64,000 bases of DNA from Octopus bimaculoides (Eukaryota), in the NCBI RefSeq assembly GCF_001194135.2, contig NC_068996.1, forward strand, positions 37,815,710-37,879,709, in the 5' to 3' direction. How positions within the stretch are numbered: the stretch's first letter is position 1; every line of letters starts with the position of its first letter. Positions 1 to 13,625 of this stretch are shown in pieces. The position numbers and the translations under genes were made by a program. Below the pieces are notes generated by a model, which was not told the origin of the DNA, ran no database searches, and saw only the letters and a program-made list of their open reading frames with translations.

Positions 1-189
1 GGTCAATGGTTCATTTGGGGAAAATAAAAATCAGTGTAACAGAAAGCGCAAGTTTACCGAAGTTAATCTGTCTCCATAATATAGAGTTAACATTAGAATT
101 TTATTCACACTAATGCCGAAACTAAACCTACAATAAGGGATTTGTAAACAACTGTATATTTAGTCCAAACAGCATTAACTGGGCAATGA

Positions 190-362
190 GCCTATGATTA
201 TAGTGTGTGTATCAAATGATACAAGGGAGGGGCGTTCTCCTAGGGGATTTAGTGTTAGGGAGGGTTGTGTCAGGGTTTTTTTAAACAGGTGGGCGACGGA
301 GCATTTTTTGGCCAATAGGTGGGTGATATTGCAATTTAGCACAAAAAGTTTAAGAAACACTG
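190..362. mobile_element. Right end of hAT-like DNA transposon/MITE
   Basis: aaaaagtttaagaaacactg (ends at 362) is the reverse complement of cagtgtttcttaaactttt, a hAT/Charlie-type terminus. The other end is not in the window. Confidence 0.4.
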
Positions 363-439
363 CTGTAGTATGTCCTTCACTGTATTCAAAACTTTTAATC
401 AGTGTTTTGTGTACAAATGTAAATTTCTGTGAATACCTA

Positions 440-725
440 CATCTTTTATCTTACTTATATCAGTCACTGGACTGTGGCCATACTGGAGTACCATCTTCAA
501 AGATTTTAGTCAAACAAATCAACCCTAGTACTCATTTATTAAACCTGGGACTTATTCTATCAATCTCTTTTACTGAACCACTAAGTTATAAGGACAGAGA
601 CAAACCAACACCAGTTGTCAAGTGGTGGTGAGAGACAAACACAGACACACATACACACACTCACACACATATATATGCAGGGACTTCTTTCAGTATCCAT
701 CTACCAAATCTATCCACAAGGCTTT
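440..725 (-). mobile_element. SINE family A (tRNA-headed, octopus-type), 5'-truncated and decayed
   Basis: Shares the body and tail with copies at 1750-2140, 11185-11587 and 34004-34420. Confidence 0.75.
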
Positions 726-920
726 ATACAATATTAAAAAGCTTTTAAAATCATACAGATTTTTATTTTCTACATTTGCATATTTGATGTTAAAATGTAT
801 TTTTAGTTTACTGAAAACATGGCATCATTCACAATCATTTCTCCATAATCACTCTCTTTTCCCCACACTTTGTTGAGGAGTTGAATTTTTCATTCACAAT
901 AACTGTGGATTGGAGTTATT

Positions 921-1295
921 ATCATCATCCTTGCACATGTTCAGTCCACTGCTGGAAGAATGCCTCAGTATATTCTTTCCACCAACCAAAGACTAATGTT
1001 TTCCTCATCCATATTTAGGTGCTGAAGAATTTAACTAAGTCTTCATTCCAACTTCTGCATGGTCTTCCTCTCCTTTTTTCTGAACTTGGTGTCCACTCTG
1101 TCAATTTGCTATTCCATCTATTATCCTCTCTTCTAGACACATATCCCACAAAGAACATTTCAGAATTTTTATTTTCCAGATAATATCCATTAAACCTGTT
1201 GCCACTCTTATCCTGTTGTTTCTCTTCTTATCAATTTTGTTAATCTTCAACATTCCCCTTTCCATGGCTCTTAGAGTTGCTTTTCATTTATTTTC
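921..1295 (-). mobile_element. RTE-clade LINE 3' fragment
   Basis: Minus translation LRAMERGML...GYVSRREDNRWNSKLTEWTPSSEKRRGRPCRSWNEDL is a typical RTE C-terminus; (ATC)n tail at 921. Confidence 0.8.
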
Positions 1296-1666
1296 TAGCA
1301 GTGATCCCGCTCAGATGGTGCTGTTAGCGCTCCACTGGCACAGGTGCCAGTCATCGAATTTGGTTCAGTTTTGATCTTACTTGCCCCAACAGGTCTTCGC
1401 AAGCTGAGTTTAGTGTCCAATGAAGGAAGGTTGGCATGGGTGTCAGTCGTCGAATTTGTTTCAATTTCAATTTCGATTTCACTTGCTTTCGATTTCACTT
1501 GCCAATAACTTATTTGATCACTGAATATTTCATTAGTGATTGATTTACATACTAAGTCAGCAGGTCATAAGTGGAGTAACTAGTTTCAATACCTTCTTCC
1601 CACACTCAGCTCCATGCAAACATAATAATTGTCTGGCAGTTATTAAAATGTTGGATTCATTTTAAT

Positions 1667-1879
1667 CAGTGGTTCCCAACCTTTTCACTATCAAGGACCC
1701 CTTTTATTTATATGAGTTTTCCCACAGACACCTTTTATTATATATTTTTTTCTTTCTTTTCTTTTACTTGCTTCAGTCATTTGACTGCAGTCATGCTGGA
1801 GCACCACTAAGTTACAAGGACATAAACACACCAGCATTGGTTGTCAAGCAATGTTGGGGGGACAAACACAGACACACAA

Positions 1880-1975
<96 letters not shown>

Positions 1976-2239
1976 TATATACGACGGGCTTCTTTCAGTT
2001 TCCATCTACCAAATCCACTCACAAGGCTTTGGTCGGCCCGAGGCAATAGTAGAAGACACTTGCCCAAGGTGCCACGCAATGGGACTGAACCCGGAACTAT
2101 GTGGTTGGTAAGCAAGCTACTTACCACACAGCCACTCCCGATATATATATATATGAAATTTTGAATTTAGTTCACGGATCCTCCAGTACTACCTTTGTGG
2201 ACCCCTGGTGGTCCACAATCCATATGTTGGGAACCACTG
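1667..2239. mobile_element. hAT-type MITE with a nested SINE
   Basis: Perfect 14-bp TIR cagtggttcccaac / gttgggaaccactg and perfect 8-bp TSD attttaat (1659-1666 and 2240-2247). Confidence 0.9.
1750..2140 (-). mobile_element. SINE family A, full length, with expanded internal (CA)n/(TA)n
   Basis: tRNA-like head (minus: ggagtggctgtgtggtaagtagc...ggttcagtccc box B) and A-rich tail. Confidence 0.85.
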
Positions 2240-2343
2240 ATTTTAATGATTAAGACTCTCTCCCCAATGCACACTTCTTATCAATGAAAATCATGCCTAT
2301 ATCCATGCTAATGCAATCATTTTTTTGCATTTTGTTTCAACAG

Positions 2344-2436
2344 AGTGGAGGGGCTGGTACAGAAAAAAGTGACAGTGCTGGTCAAGACACTGAGTCCCAA
2401 CTAGAAGAACTGAAACAGAATATGAGAAGGGCTGAA
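2344..2436 (+). CDS. FCHSD2: FCHSD2/Nwk-like F-BAR double-SH3 protein, first exon in window (coiled coil after F-BAR)
   Basis: tttcaacag|AGTGGA...GCTGAA|gtaagt; 93 nt, phase 0-0. Encodes SGGAGTEKSDSAGQDTESQLEELKQNMRRAE, resembling the FCHSD LEQKI.E.RENIRKAE segment as I recall it. Confidence 0.85.
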
Positions 2437-3371
2437 GTAAGTATTTTAAGTTTATGGTAGAGCAAAGCTGCATACTTACTGTAACTGTTAGTTTTTTAAA
2501 CATATTGTATTTAGTTGTGTATAATGCAAGAAATTTAATACAAGATATCAGGATCCATATTGTGTTGTAGCATTATACTTGAATATAGAAAATGGAAAAA
2601 AAACATGAAATATATATCTGACTTTTAGGTATAAAAAGTAGTAGTTTGATTATATTAGACATCTCATTTTACCAAAGGAAATATGGTTTATCATTTTTAA
2701 CTTATGTCTTTGCAAAAATTAGGAATAAGAATGCAATTTATGTTCTAGTTTAATTTATTTAACATCGACCATATTGCTGAAGTTTTACTTCAGAAATATT
2801 TCCTTGTTATCAGAGAACAAAGATATAAAGTGATTGAAAATAAACTGGGAAATTGCCTGTGTTATGTAAGTAAATCATTCAGAAAATATATCTGGAAATG
2901 GTTTTGAGTATTAGAAATGGAGAGAACTCTTAGTTACAATATAACACTGTCATCAAGAAATTCTAAAAAGAACCTCATTTTCAGAGAACTGAGGAACTCT
3001 TTCCAAAGTACAACAGACAACATTTCTGTAATTAGTCTATACTTTTCAAATTATACTTCACCAGTTATTAATAATGATTTAATAAAGCCCTCCAAGTGAG
3101 TAAGGAAATAGTGTAAAGTAGGAAATTAAAAATGTTAAATTCTATCATCCACTTGTTCTTTAAAAATTAAGATGATGAACCAATGAATTAAACTCCATGT
3201 AATCTTTCATTAGCAATCAAATCTCTCTCAACCCACACTCTGCCATCTTGAAAAAGAGGACACAATCAATAATGTATTTCTATAAGATCATGGCTGAAAC
3301 ATCTTTCATCACTAGTCTGCTAGATCAGGGTTGACCTGATGCTAGACAAAAAGAAGCTATAACAAAAATAA

Positions 3372-3690
3372 CTGGCACTCTGTCAGTTACAATGACAAGG
3401 GTTCCAGTTGATCTGATCTATGGAACAGCCTGCTCAAGAAATTAATGTGCATGTGGCTGAGCACTCCACAGACAAATGCACCCTTAACATAGTTCCCAGA
3501 GAGATTCAGCATGATACAGAATCTGTCAAGGCAGACCTTTTTGAAATACAAGTACAATTCATTTTTGCCATCTGGGTGGACAGGAGCAACATGAAATAAA
3601 GTGTCTTGCTTAAGGACGCAACGTGCTGCCGGGAATTGAACTCACAATCATGAATCGAGTACCTTAACCAGTAAGCCATGTGATTTCACT
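3372..3690 (-). mobile_element. SINE family E (tRNA head, CORE-like subfamily), decayed
   Basis: Reverse complement of the family body seen at 36305-36625 (ctgtggagtgctcagccac...caggctgttcc). Confidence 0.7.
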
Positions 3691-4096
3691 ATGATAAAAT
3701 TGTGAAAATAAATAAACTCAGGCTGTAACCATACGATTATTACTCTTAGCTCTGTAGGCTGTTGGGACACAGTTATAGATTCTGTCTTTTGATAGTAATT
3801 CAAGGAAGTTGTTTTCTAGTGCTTTCTCTGAGATGGTTTCAGTTTCAGCATTACAAGTCAACAGAACATTTGTTAATATTAGTGCTCCCACCTCACCCCA
3901 GTTAAACAGTTATAAACTAAAGTTTTAAAGTTTCAGCATCATTACTAGTTATATAATGCAGTTCTAATGATGTAATATGGACCTTTAACCTTTCAGCCGG
4001 TCGAGTGGCACCTGAATGATGTGACTAGTTATGATGTATAAGAATTTCATCAAATTTCAACCTTTCTAATGACTTTTCTGTGTTAATTTGTTACAG

Positions 4097-4148
4097 ACAG
4101 CAAAAATGAAGGCTGAAGCACGAATTGAATTGCTAAGAAATATAGGAA
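4097..4148 (+). CDS. FCHSD2: FCHSD2/Nwk-like exon (TAKMKAEARIELLRNIG)
   Basis: ttacag|ACAGCA...ATAGGAA|gtatgt; 52 nt, phase 0-1. Matches the conserved FCHSD motif K.KAEARL.LL..IG. Confidence 0.9.
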
Positions 4149-4489
4149 GTATGTTAATTAAATATTTTTACAAAAATAATCCATATTCTATCACACCTAC
4201 AGTTTAAAGTGGTTTTGTATATACATTTTAATTCATTTAAATGAATGCAAAAAAAGAAAAGAAAAAGACAGGCATAAATTATTTTATTGATGTTTATGTG
4301 TCAGTGGAGTAATTGGAGTAATTGGAGTAATTTGTTGTAATTCTAGATGTATGCAAGCAAATAAATGGCCTTGAGTAAAAAGGATTCTGATATAAATATG
4401 TGTATTCAAACTAGTCATAATTATTCTTTCAAGGCTAGACCAGATCTAATATCAAGTTAGTAGAGAAAGAATTAAGCAGTTTAGTTTTT

Positions 4490-4775
4490 ATACAGACAAC
4501 TTAAAAAGCACCCAGTCCACACTGTATAGTGGTTGGCATTTGGAAGGACATCCAGCTGTAAAAATCATGCCAAAACTGACCTCGCCTGTGCGAGTGCCCC
4601 GTAAAAAGCACTCAGCCCACTCTACTGAGTGGTTGGTGTTAGGAAGAGCATCCAGCCATAAAAACCATGCTTAAACAGATGCAGAAGCATGTTGCAGGCT
4701 CTTGCCTGGCCAGCTCCTGTCAAACCATCCAACTTATGCTAGCATTGAAGGAGGACATTAAACGATGATGATCAA
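4490..4775 (+). mobile_element. Non-autonomous retroposon family D with (GAT)n tail
   Basis: ggttggcatt..gaaggacatccagctgtaaaa motif ending in aaacgatgatgat; inverse of 18335-18745. Confidence 0.65.
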
Positions 4776-5852
4776 TAATAACTCACAGATTAATTGTCTA
4801 ATATATCTGGTTGGCTAAACAAACATATGTAACAACAGTGAAACTAAAATGCTGTCTGCATGAAATCACTATAAATTCTTAGTTTTTGTGGTAGTGTTCA
4901 ATAAGATATGAAATTTTACAACATACTCTGTTATGCTGCAATAATCAAATGTAAAAATTTCATTTCAAAGAATAAATAATATTCTTTTTCATCTCTAGAA
5001 AATTATCAGTTGTCTAGTTTTTATTAGGTTGTCATAGTTAGGAGTTCATTGAGGTTATTTTAGGATCATTTTCTAAGTATGCTATTTTGAGAAATATTTT
5101 ATCAACAATAACATTATTAATAAAACAGGAGCAATTTGTAAGATAAGGATAGACAGAAAGAGAAGTGAAATAGCTAAGAAGATAAAAAAAAATAATGTAA
5201 TATGCATGGGTTGGTAGCATGTACCATACTTTCACTGATTGTTTTGGGAGCCTATGTAGTCATGAGTAGACATAACACCCTCTTAGCCTTTTTACTCTTG
5301 ACCCAACAGAACATCCAGGGTATGAATGTTGGAGAAAGGGAAAGCTGCACCAAAACTTAGCTGATATTTTTTATAGCTGAGTAGACATGAACAGCTTGAA
5401 ATGTAGTGCATTGCTTGAGAAACAACATGTCACCTGCTCCAGGAGTACTCTCAGAACTAAAAGGAAAAACCCTAAGCCTCCTATTCTTTATTCAGCCTAA
5501 ATAAAAAATATATATATTTGGGTGAATCCAAAACAGTTACAAATAATACAAAGACTGGTATGTCTTCAAATTTTTCTTTTAATTTTAGCAATTAATTATA
5601 CTGTTAAAGTTGAAAGAAAAATTTGAAGATGTACCAGTCTCTGTATTCTTTGTAATTATTTGGGATTTTCCTGAAAATATTCATAATCCAGCAAAGTGAA
5701 CCTGGATTTATCCATCAGAAGAATTACAATAGGATTGTTCACCCTAAGCAATTCTTGATGCTTCTTACTACTTGATGTGGTTAGCCAGAACCTAGACTGT
5801 ACCTGAGAACTTTTATGGTACCTGCCTGTATAATTAATCCCTATATACTCAT

Positions 5853-5908
<56 letters not shown>

Positions 5909-6474
5909 TGAGTGGGCACAAGAAAGAGGCACTCAGCACATTAGTAGTAGTTACATATGTTTTTATTTAAAACAGTTTGATTCGGGCCCCATGCAACTTA
6001 AATTTTTGTGGGCTCGGGTGGCCAAATGGGGAAATGCAGAAAGTTCAAGGTTGCTACTGGAAACTGGGCTGTTATCAGTCAAGGCAGATCACATGGGGTT
6101 GTTGGAAATATTTCCAACAACAATAGCCATCTTGGACTTCAAGTTCTTAACCTATAATATTGCCTGCATTTAATTGATGTTAATAATTAATAATATTGCC
6201 ATTTGTTTAAAATTAGTTATCTTTACTTACATGAAAGATTAGTTTTAAAATTTAGTAATTTAGTTAAGACATTAATTAAACCATCAGTTGTTTTAATGTA
6301 TTGCTTATCATTAAGTTTTCTTATGTTTTAAAAAAAAAACTGGAAAATGTTACTTTTGAGAACAGTATTAAAAAGTCATTATTTATTTTATATATCAAGA
6401 ATTTCTTATTTCTAGAGTTATGCTTTCAACTAATGTATTTATATTTATTTTTCCCTTGCTTCACTCTACAAAAG

Positions 6475-6587
6475 TTAATGTTGATGAATGGCTTACCAAT
6501 GCACAAATAGATAGTCTTGCTGCGGAACCAGATGCTGTTTCTCGTACACCTAGTCAAGCATCGGTAAGAACTGAAAGTTCCAGTGGA
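6475..6587 (+). CDS. FCHSD2: FCHSD2/Nwk-like exon (INVDEWLTNAQ...RTESSSG)
   Basis: ctctacaaaag|TTAATG...AGTGGA|gtaagt; 113 nt, phase 1-0. Contains the V..WL motif that follows the RL.LL..IG exon in FCHSD proteins. Confidence 0.8.
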
Positions 6588-8032
6588 GTAAGTAATTTAA
6601 CCTTGCATTTTGATGGAGTTTTGTGGCTGTAGTTGTAGCTTTTATTATCAGTTTCATAAAAGCCCCACAAAAATTATATATAATACATTCAAGTATCTCA
6701 AAAGGGAATAGATAAGAATAGGTATTATTGAATTTAAGGTTCTCAAATTTTGTAATTCTTCATTAAGATAAACAAAAAAATAACTATCTCTCAGTGGTTT
6801 AGTTGCATTGCATTATTTCTTTGACTATGCCAAAGAGAAAAAAGAAAATTCTAAAAACAAAACAGCCTAATAAAACTAAGTTTAGTTTTATAAACACATA
6901 CATACAGCCAAATATAATACACACTTGTATAACAATAAGACAATACATATCTAAGTGTAGTCAAGATGGTGCCCCAGCATGGTCACAGCCAAATGACTGA
7001 AACAAGTAAATACATATGTACGTATGTATGAAGATGATTATCACTGCAGTTAGTATACACAGAATTTTTTTGCCTGAATTTTAATCCCCGGTCATTTGTG
7101 CATCTTTCTCCTATTCTACAATCCCCTTTCCTGAATTCAGTGCTATTCATTTTCCTTCTATCTAAAAGCTTAACTATAAAACAAGGAAAAAAATTCTGGA
7201 TAGATGTTTGCTTTCCCTTGACTGTTTTCTACAAGTCTCCCAAACTTCCAAGTCTTGAATCTTATAATTCTTTTTTTCATTTCATTGAATGATATAAGAT
7301 AATAAATCAAATCATAAAATACAAAAGCATTCTTTTAATTTACATCAAATATGGATATTTCAATATTTAAATAGAAAGATAATAAAAACCACTTAACAAT
7401 GCAAAAGTTAGAGAGAAAAAATTAAATTTTCACAAGCCTCATCAACCAGTGTCTCATCGTTTGTAAGATTTAGGGTTAATAGTCTGCAAGAGCCACTTTG
7501 AAGCAGACATAGTTCATTTGAATCTGAGTTGATTGGAACAACATGAAATGAAATACTTTGCCTAAAGTTACAATGCATCAGAAACAGAACACACAACATT
7601 ATTATCATGGGTCCAGCAGTCTAAACACAAAACCATGCTCCTTCACAACCACAAGATTAAGGTTTTGGTAAGCTGAAATACTGGATTAATCTATTTTCTC
7701 TAACTTTGTGTTAAGAGGCTTTTATTCTCTGCAATTGTATGACTTTTCTATCTGTAATATCTCGCATCTGTCCGACTTTAAACTCTTGCATTTCATTTCG
7801 TTATCATATAAGGCTGTTAAAATTGCATATCTGCATTTCTTTTGTTTGCTAATTGATAATGAGAATGATGGAAACGTATCCTTCTATGTCTAAGATATCT
7901 CCAAACTTTGTCTTTAATTAATTTTCTTATTCTGCTGGTAAACAGAATAATACATTTCCAAAATGCTCTATGCTTGTTTGATGTGTATGATGAAATTGTT
8001 TGATGAATTTCCCCATGCCCATTTGTACACAG

Positions 8033-8278
8033 CCGACAGAAGAACCTGAAGCTACATATACACACTTTGATGATGACGATGACTATGTAGAAGAAGTTGC
8101 AGAAATAGAACAAGTTTCCATGAGCCCAGCTATCCAAAGTTCCTCATCCTCCAGACAATATCCAATTTATGCTCAAGCTTTATATACATTCCAAGCCACA
8201 AACTCTGATGAGCTTGGTCTGGAGGAAAATGAAAATATTGAAGTGATAGGAGATGGTGATGGTGATGGCTGGGTACAG
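8033..8278 (+). CDS. FCHSD2: FCHSD2/Nwk-like exon: acidic linker plus N-terminal half of SH3a
   Basis: gtacacag|CCGACA...GTACAG|gtaagc; 246 nt, phase 0-0. Encodes AQALYTFQATNSDELGLEENENIEVIGDGDGDGWVQ (SH3 ALYxF/DEL/GW motifs). Confidence 0.92.
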
Positions 8279-8479
8279 GTAAGCATTTGGTAAGAACACT
8301 TTAGTGGTCACCTTGGTGGTAAAATATGCCTGGTTCACTACATAAATAAAACTACTGGAATCACAAGAAACACAAAAGTGACAGCCATGCATAGGGTAAA
8401 CACCAGTCAAAATATCTTTCTAATTAGCTGCATAAAAGGTTTCATTATAAATTCAAAATTCCTACAATTTATTGATTTC

Positions 8480-8690
8480 AAATTTCGGCACAAGGCCAAC
8501 AACTTTGGGGCAGAGGGTAAGGCAATTACAACGACCCCTGTGTCCAAATGGTACTTATTTTATTTTCCCCAAAAGGATAAAAGGCAAAGTCAACCTTGAC
8601 AGCATTTGAACTCAGAATGTAATGATGAATGAAATGTCATTAAGCATTTTGCCTGATAGGCTAATGATTCTGCCAGCTTACCACGTTATT
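8480..8690 (-). mobile_element. SINE family B (tRNA head, Meta/MESC-like central domain), decayed
   Basis: Reverse complement of gtcgactttgcctttcatcc...aagtacca, the body of the copies at 42165 and 43262. Confidence 0.7.
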
Positions 8691-11184
8691 TCCTTCAATA
8701 TATTAACAACAGCTATTAAATAACACTCAGAAAAATATTTCTTAGTATTTTCAAATTTTTATTCTTGTTACACAAATTAAATTTAAAAAAAAAAAAGGTC
8801 TTTAATCTGGTCCCTACTCACATGATTTTAGTAGTTCTTAAAGTTCTTAAAGTAGTTAGCATCACCAAGTTGTTTTATCTTTCCCTAATTATCTTCTCTT
8901 TAACCACATATTCAGATGGGGAGCAGGAGATATTAAGAACCTATGAAGTAGTAGTAGTAGTGGTGGTATTACTACTACCATTTCTCAGCTCTGCTATAGT
9001 ATAAGTTACATTGGGAAGGAGATTTCATTATCTTTCATATTTTATTGGAAAGCAAAAAGGATAGTATCGAAGTATTTCTAGAAAGCCAACTATATCTCAG
9101 GTCATTCATAAACACTGGTATACAGTATTTGTACTCAACTGCAACTGCAATTTTTCTATAATAATGTAACATTCTAAACTATACCTTCTTCTACTGGCCC
9201 TACTAAATACAATAATCATCATCACCATTGTCAACATCCTCATTTAACATGTTTTTCTATGGGTTGGAAGGGTCTCACAACATCTGACCACTCTTTATGA
9301 TTTGTCACGCATGTACAATGACAGAGTAAAATCAGCCATCTTTATTGCTAAGTGAAGATGGTTCTTGTGGCCAAATGCGTTTCCTATCACTAAGCATGTT
9401 TTTGTGTAGACTTGGTGCATTTTATTATGCAACCAGTCCACATTTTACCAGACATTAAGCTCTAGACAGGGAGGCAGGTTCTTTTTAACAACACTAAAGA
9501 ATCCAATCTACCCTGTTACATTATCATCAGTTTTTACCTTGCAGTCCTCAACATTATGCAGCAGCTTGCAGAACTAAAAGTACAAAGTACTATCAGTATT
9601 AGTTTGTTTTTTCTCCCTTTTCATTTTTATGACTTAGTCAGAAAAGGAAGAATAGTACCTCTGACCTTTTTCATGACATCCAAGAATGGTGAGAGGAAAG
9701 GTTGATATTGTATACAAAATGAAGATCTGACCCCAATGCTTACAAGAAAATTAGACTCAGTTGAAGGTATCTAAGCACCAGGGATGCTTAGTGTATCACT
9801 CAAAAATCTATCTTGCATATATTTTTTAAGTAATCTCATCTGTCTCCCAAATCAAACAAAGAACTATTTGAACACTTAGTGAGACTCCTCTATTATATTC
9901 CATACAGCCAAGTAAGTAGTTAGTGTAAAACTTGAAGAAATTTATTATAGATTATTATTAAATTCATGAATTAACACTCATATCTTGGCTAGTACTTTCC
10001 AACATCAAACCAATAAACATGTTACATTCCAAGAATGAAATCCTATTGGAGTTTTGTTATTTTCAAATCTCTAATTCTTTTCAAAGGATTTTATTTATAT
10101 TAAAAACATTTAAGCAAACATTGATAGAAATGAAAAGGAAAGATAACTTGAAAGCCATTAAGATTTTGATTTTAACCCCATACATAACAACTTACCTGAG
10201 ACCACTGTTGCTAAAATATCCATATTTAAATCAAAATGTCGATTGAAAATCTCATTGTAAAATAAAAAATATAATATTCCAGTTCGTCGACAACATTGCA
10301 TACCAATATATAAAGTTATATATTCTACTAAACCCCTCCAAAATCTTGATTATGTTGAAAATTAACTTAAATAAATGAACATATTTATATAAGCTACTCA
10401 TTAAAAATATAATCATGACAGAGAATATTGTTGATGTGTGGTTTTAGGGTAAGCATTTGTTGGTGTTGTTGCTACTGCTGTTCAACTCTGATTGGGCACA
10501 AAAATCAAATCAAAGAATCATATAATCAACATTCTTATCCGACCCATTCCATCATTATAGCTGACATTCAAATGTAAAATTCTTAGATCTACAGCTTAAA
10601 ATACTTAGTCCACATTTCAATGATAATAGAGTTTGTGGAAACATGGTTGCTATATTGAACGATTACATGGGACACCCCTCATTTGCTTTTTGGAAAATGG
10701 TAAATTTAAGTGATAAGAAACACAAACTAATAATTGATGGTTGTTGTTTAACCCAAGATGAGTTCTGAATGAGCAAAGCCATGAATATCTTGTCTTTATT
10801 TCAAGCAGTTTTTCTAGATTTATGATGTCCATTTCTGAAATAATAGGTTATGATGTAGTGAACAACTGTGTTGAAGCTACCTTCTTGGCAACTGATGGTA
10901 ACTGGTGTAAGAAGAAAATTATTAATATCAAAGTCCACCTCTGTGAATTTAAACTGACCCAACAAATTATTATGTATTTTAAAGTATAACATGAAAAGGT
11001 TAAGTAAGTAATGTCCTTTCTTTCCTGGAACTGCAACACTCTGGAATTCTCTCTACATTCATGCTTTTACTGAAAACATTATAATCTAAAAATCTTCAAG
11101 CTAAACATCAACTTCACCAGCCTGATGGAGGAGTGACATTGTACTATCTTCCCTGACTAACTTATAAAAAGATTTTTAAAAATT

Positions 11185-11587
11185 AGGAGTGGTTGTGTGG
11201 TAAGTAGCTTGCTTACGAACCACATGGTTCCGGGTTCAGTCCCACAGCGTGGCACCTTGGGCAAGTGTCTTCTACTATAGCCTTGGGCTGACCAAAGCCT
11301 TGTAAGTAGATTTGGTAGATGAAAACTGAAAGAAGCCTGTCGTATATATATATAGATATATATATTTATATGTGTGTGTGTGTATTTTGTGTGTCTGTGG
11401 TTGTCCCCCCAACATCACTTGACAACCAATGCTGGTGTGTTTACGTCCCCATAACTTAACAATTCGGCAAAAGAGACCGATAGAATAAGTACTAGGCTTA
11501 CAAAGAATAAGTTCTGGGGTCGATTTGCTCAACTAAAGGCGGTGCTCCAGCATGGCCACAGTCAGATGACTGAATCAAGTAAAAGAG
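11185..11587 (+). mobile_element. SINE family A, full length
   Basis: Head aggagtggttgtgtggtaagtagc, box B ggttcagtccc, internal (TA/TG)n, tail gtaaaagag. Confidence 0.88.
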
Positions 11588-12447
11588 TATTAAGGTATAA
11601 GAAGTAGGAGTTGTAAAATGATAACAATAGTGATACTATATACATCTGTGTTCTGTTTATAGATAAATTTTTATTACATGAGGACATCAAAATGGAAATT
11701 AAATTTATATTTTATGTATTAGTTATACATGTAGATAAGTCGCAGATTTTTTACTCAAGAAAACAAGCACGAAAAACTGCATTCATCTTGTCTACTGAAC
11801 TTTGTTCTGGTCTTGGAATTTACAGCCCACACTAACCCACACTGATATGCCCCCACATACAACATGTGCATATGTAAAGGATACATTGTGTAACATTGTT
11901 CTAATGCCAGTAAAAGAAAAAAATCCAAGAGTGGAATCTTTTTGATCATATGTCTACTGGATCAAGACTGAGTTGGAGCTAAACAAAAGCAAAAAAACAC
12001 TTATCTAAATCAAAAGAAATTAAAGAAGTTAGCACCAAGCAATACAGTATCAGCTATTCTCATCAACTCCTGCAACTTGTACTGCTAGCAGCATTAGAAA
12101 GGACTGTGCTGCCAAAGCACCTGAAACAATGAAATCTTCTCTTGTCTAGAGGCTGATGGAGATGAAGAATAGTTTTGTGTGTCTTGTAGGTTTTATGATA
12201 ATGCATGTGTGTATGTATGTATTTATGTATTGGATGGTGCTGATACTGCTCACATAGAACTTAGACTGATTTCTATTGAGTCATGAACCAACACACCCAA
12301 ACCGTCCACCCATAGATACACCGGCTCATAACACTGCACTTTCTCTGACTACTACAGTGGCCTCTGATTCTCAGAGCTGACTGGTTTTTTACCACTTTTG
12401 CACTGTCTAAATATCTCCTGCACCTCTTACCACCCGTATTATGTCTT

Positions 12448-12835
12448 GGCAGTGGGGTGAAAAGTTTGCTTCCCACATAGTTCTGGGTTCAGCCACACTA
12501 TGTTGCACCTTGATCAAATGTCTTCGACTATAGCCCTGGACTGGCCAAAGCTTTGTGAATGGATTTGGTAGAAGGAAACTGAATGAAGCCCATAGTGTGT
12601 GTGTTTATATATATATGTCTTTCTTTGTGTTTGTCCCCCCATTACTATCATGCAATTGATGTTGGTTTGTTTACATCCATGTAACTTACTAGTTTAGCAT
12701 GATAAACCAGGAGAATAAGTACCAGGCTTACAAAAAAAAATAATAAGTGCTGGGATTGATTCATTTGATTAAAACTCTTTGAGATAGTGCCCCAGCATGG
12801 CCACTGTCCAATGATTGAAACAAGTAAAAGAGAAA
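12448..12835 (+). mobile_element. SINE family A, decayed
   Basis: Same body and tail as 11185-11587. Confidence 0.75.
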
Positions 12836-13089
12836 AAATATATATATATAAACATTTCATGCAATCTCTATCTCATATCTTTCTTGGTATTCCTATTGAA
12901 CAACATTGGATTGGATTAAATTGTCCATGTTCATCCCACTGCAGGACAAGGGCATTAGCATGTTCTCTCCACCAACCACGATCTGATGGGAGGCCATGAA
13001 TATGAGCTTGAGATCATATTGGTTTGATGAACCTGCTCTCCTATGTTTGCTCAACATAGCTTAGCAGACAGATGCAGTTTTTATAATCA

Positions 13090-13275
13090 TACTCAGGAGT
13101 AGTTAAATTGATTACATTGGCTCCAGTATTCAACTGGTACTTGTTTTATTGACCCTGAAAGGATAAAAGGCAAAGTTGACCTTGGCATAATTTGAACTCA
13201 TTATGTAAGAACAGATGAAATACCATTAAGCAACTCACCTGGCATGCTAAAAATTCTGCCAATTCGACACCTATT
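13090..13275 (-). mobile_element. SINE family B fragment
   Basis: ggtacttgttttattgaccctgaaaggataaaaggcaaagttgacctt is the decayed reverse of the family B core. Confidence 0.65.
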
Positions 13276-13625
13276 GAACAACATTCATTACAATAATGGA
13301 AAAATTCAGATAAGCAAACTCCTTCCTGTAGAGAAGAACACATTAATATTTCTAGTTTTCCTGAGCCTTTAATAGTCAAGGCTGCAGACCCTTTTTTTTT
13401 TTTTAATACGATATTAAAATCATTACAAATATGCGTATGTGTGTACTTGGTTAATAAAGTTATTAAAATTTTTTTCATCACCCAATCAGAATTTAGATAT
13501 ATTTTTGTGAAAAAACATATACAGAGTTTTGTGCATTGGCACTCATCAGACTGTTAAACACATATATTCATGCTTTGAATTCTATATTCCCATTTGTATC
13601 ACCAAACTCGTGGGGGGGGGGGTGT

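Noticed and set aside
194-631. 145-aa ORF
   Set aside because: It runs across a hAT-like end and the antisense of a SINE; no domain motif or splice support.
11185-11260. tRNA-like sequences with A/B boxes (also at 34004, 36305, 43262 and elsewhere)
   Set aside because: They are SINE heads continuing into SINE bodies; no complete cloverleaf, so not called tRNA genes.
12140-12230. Good acceptor tctcttgtctag inside the intron splitting SH3a
   Set aside because: No compatible donor or sensible peptide, and an insertion here would break the SH3 fold.
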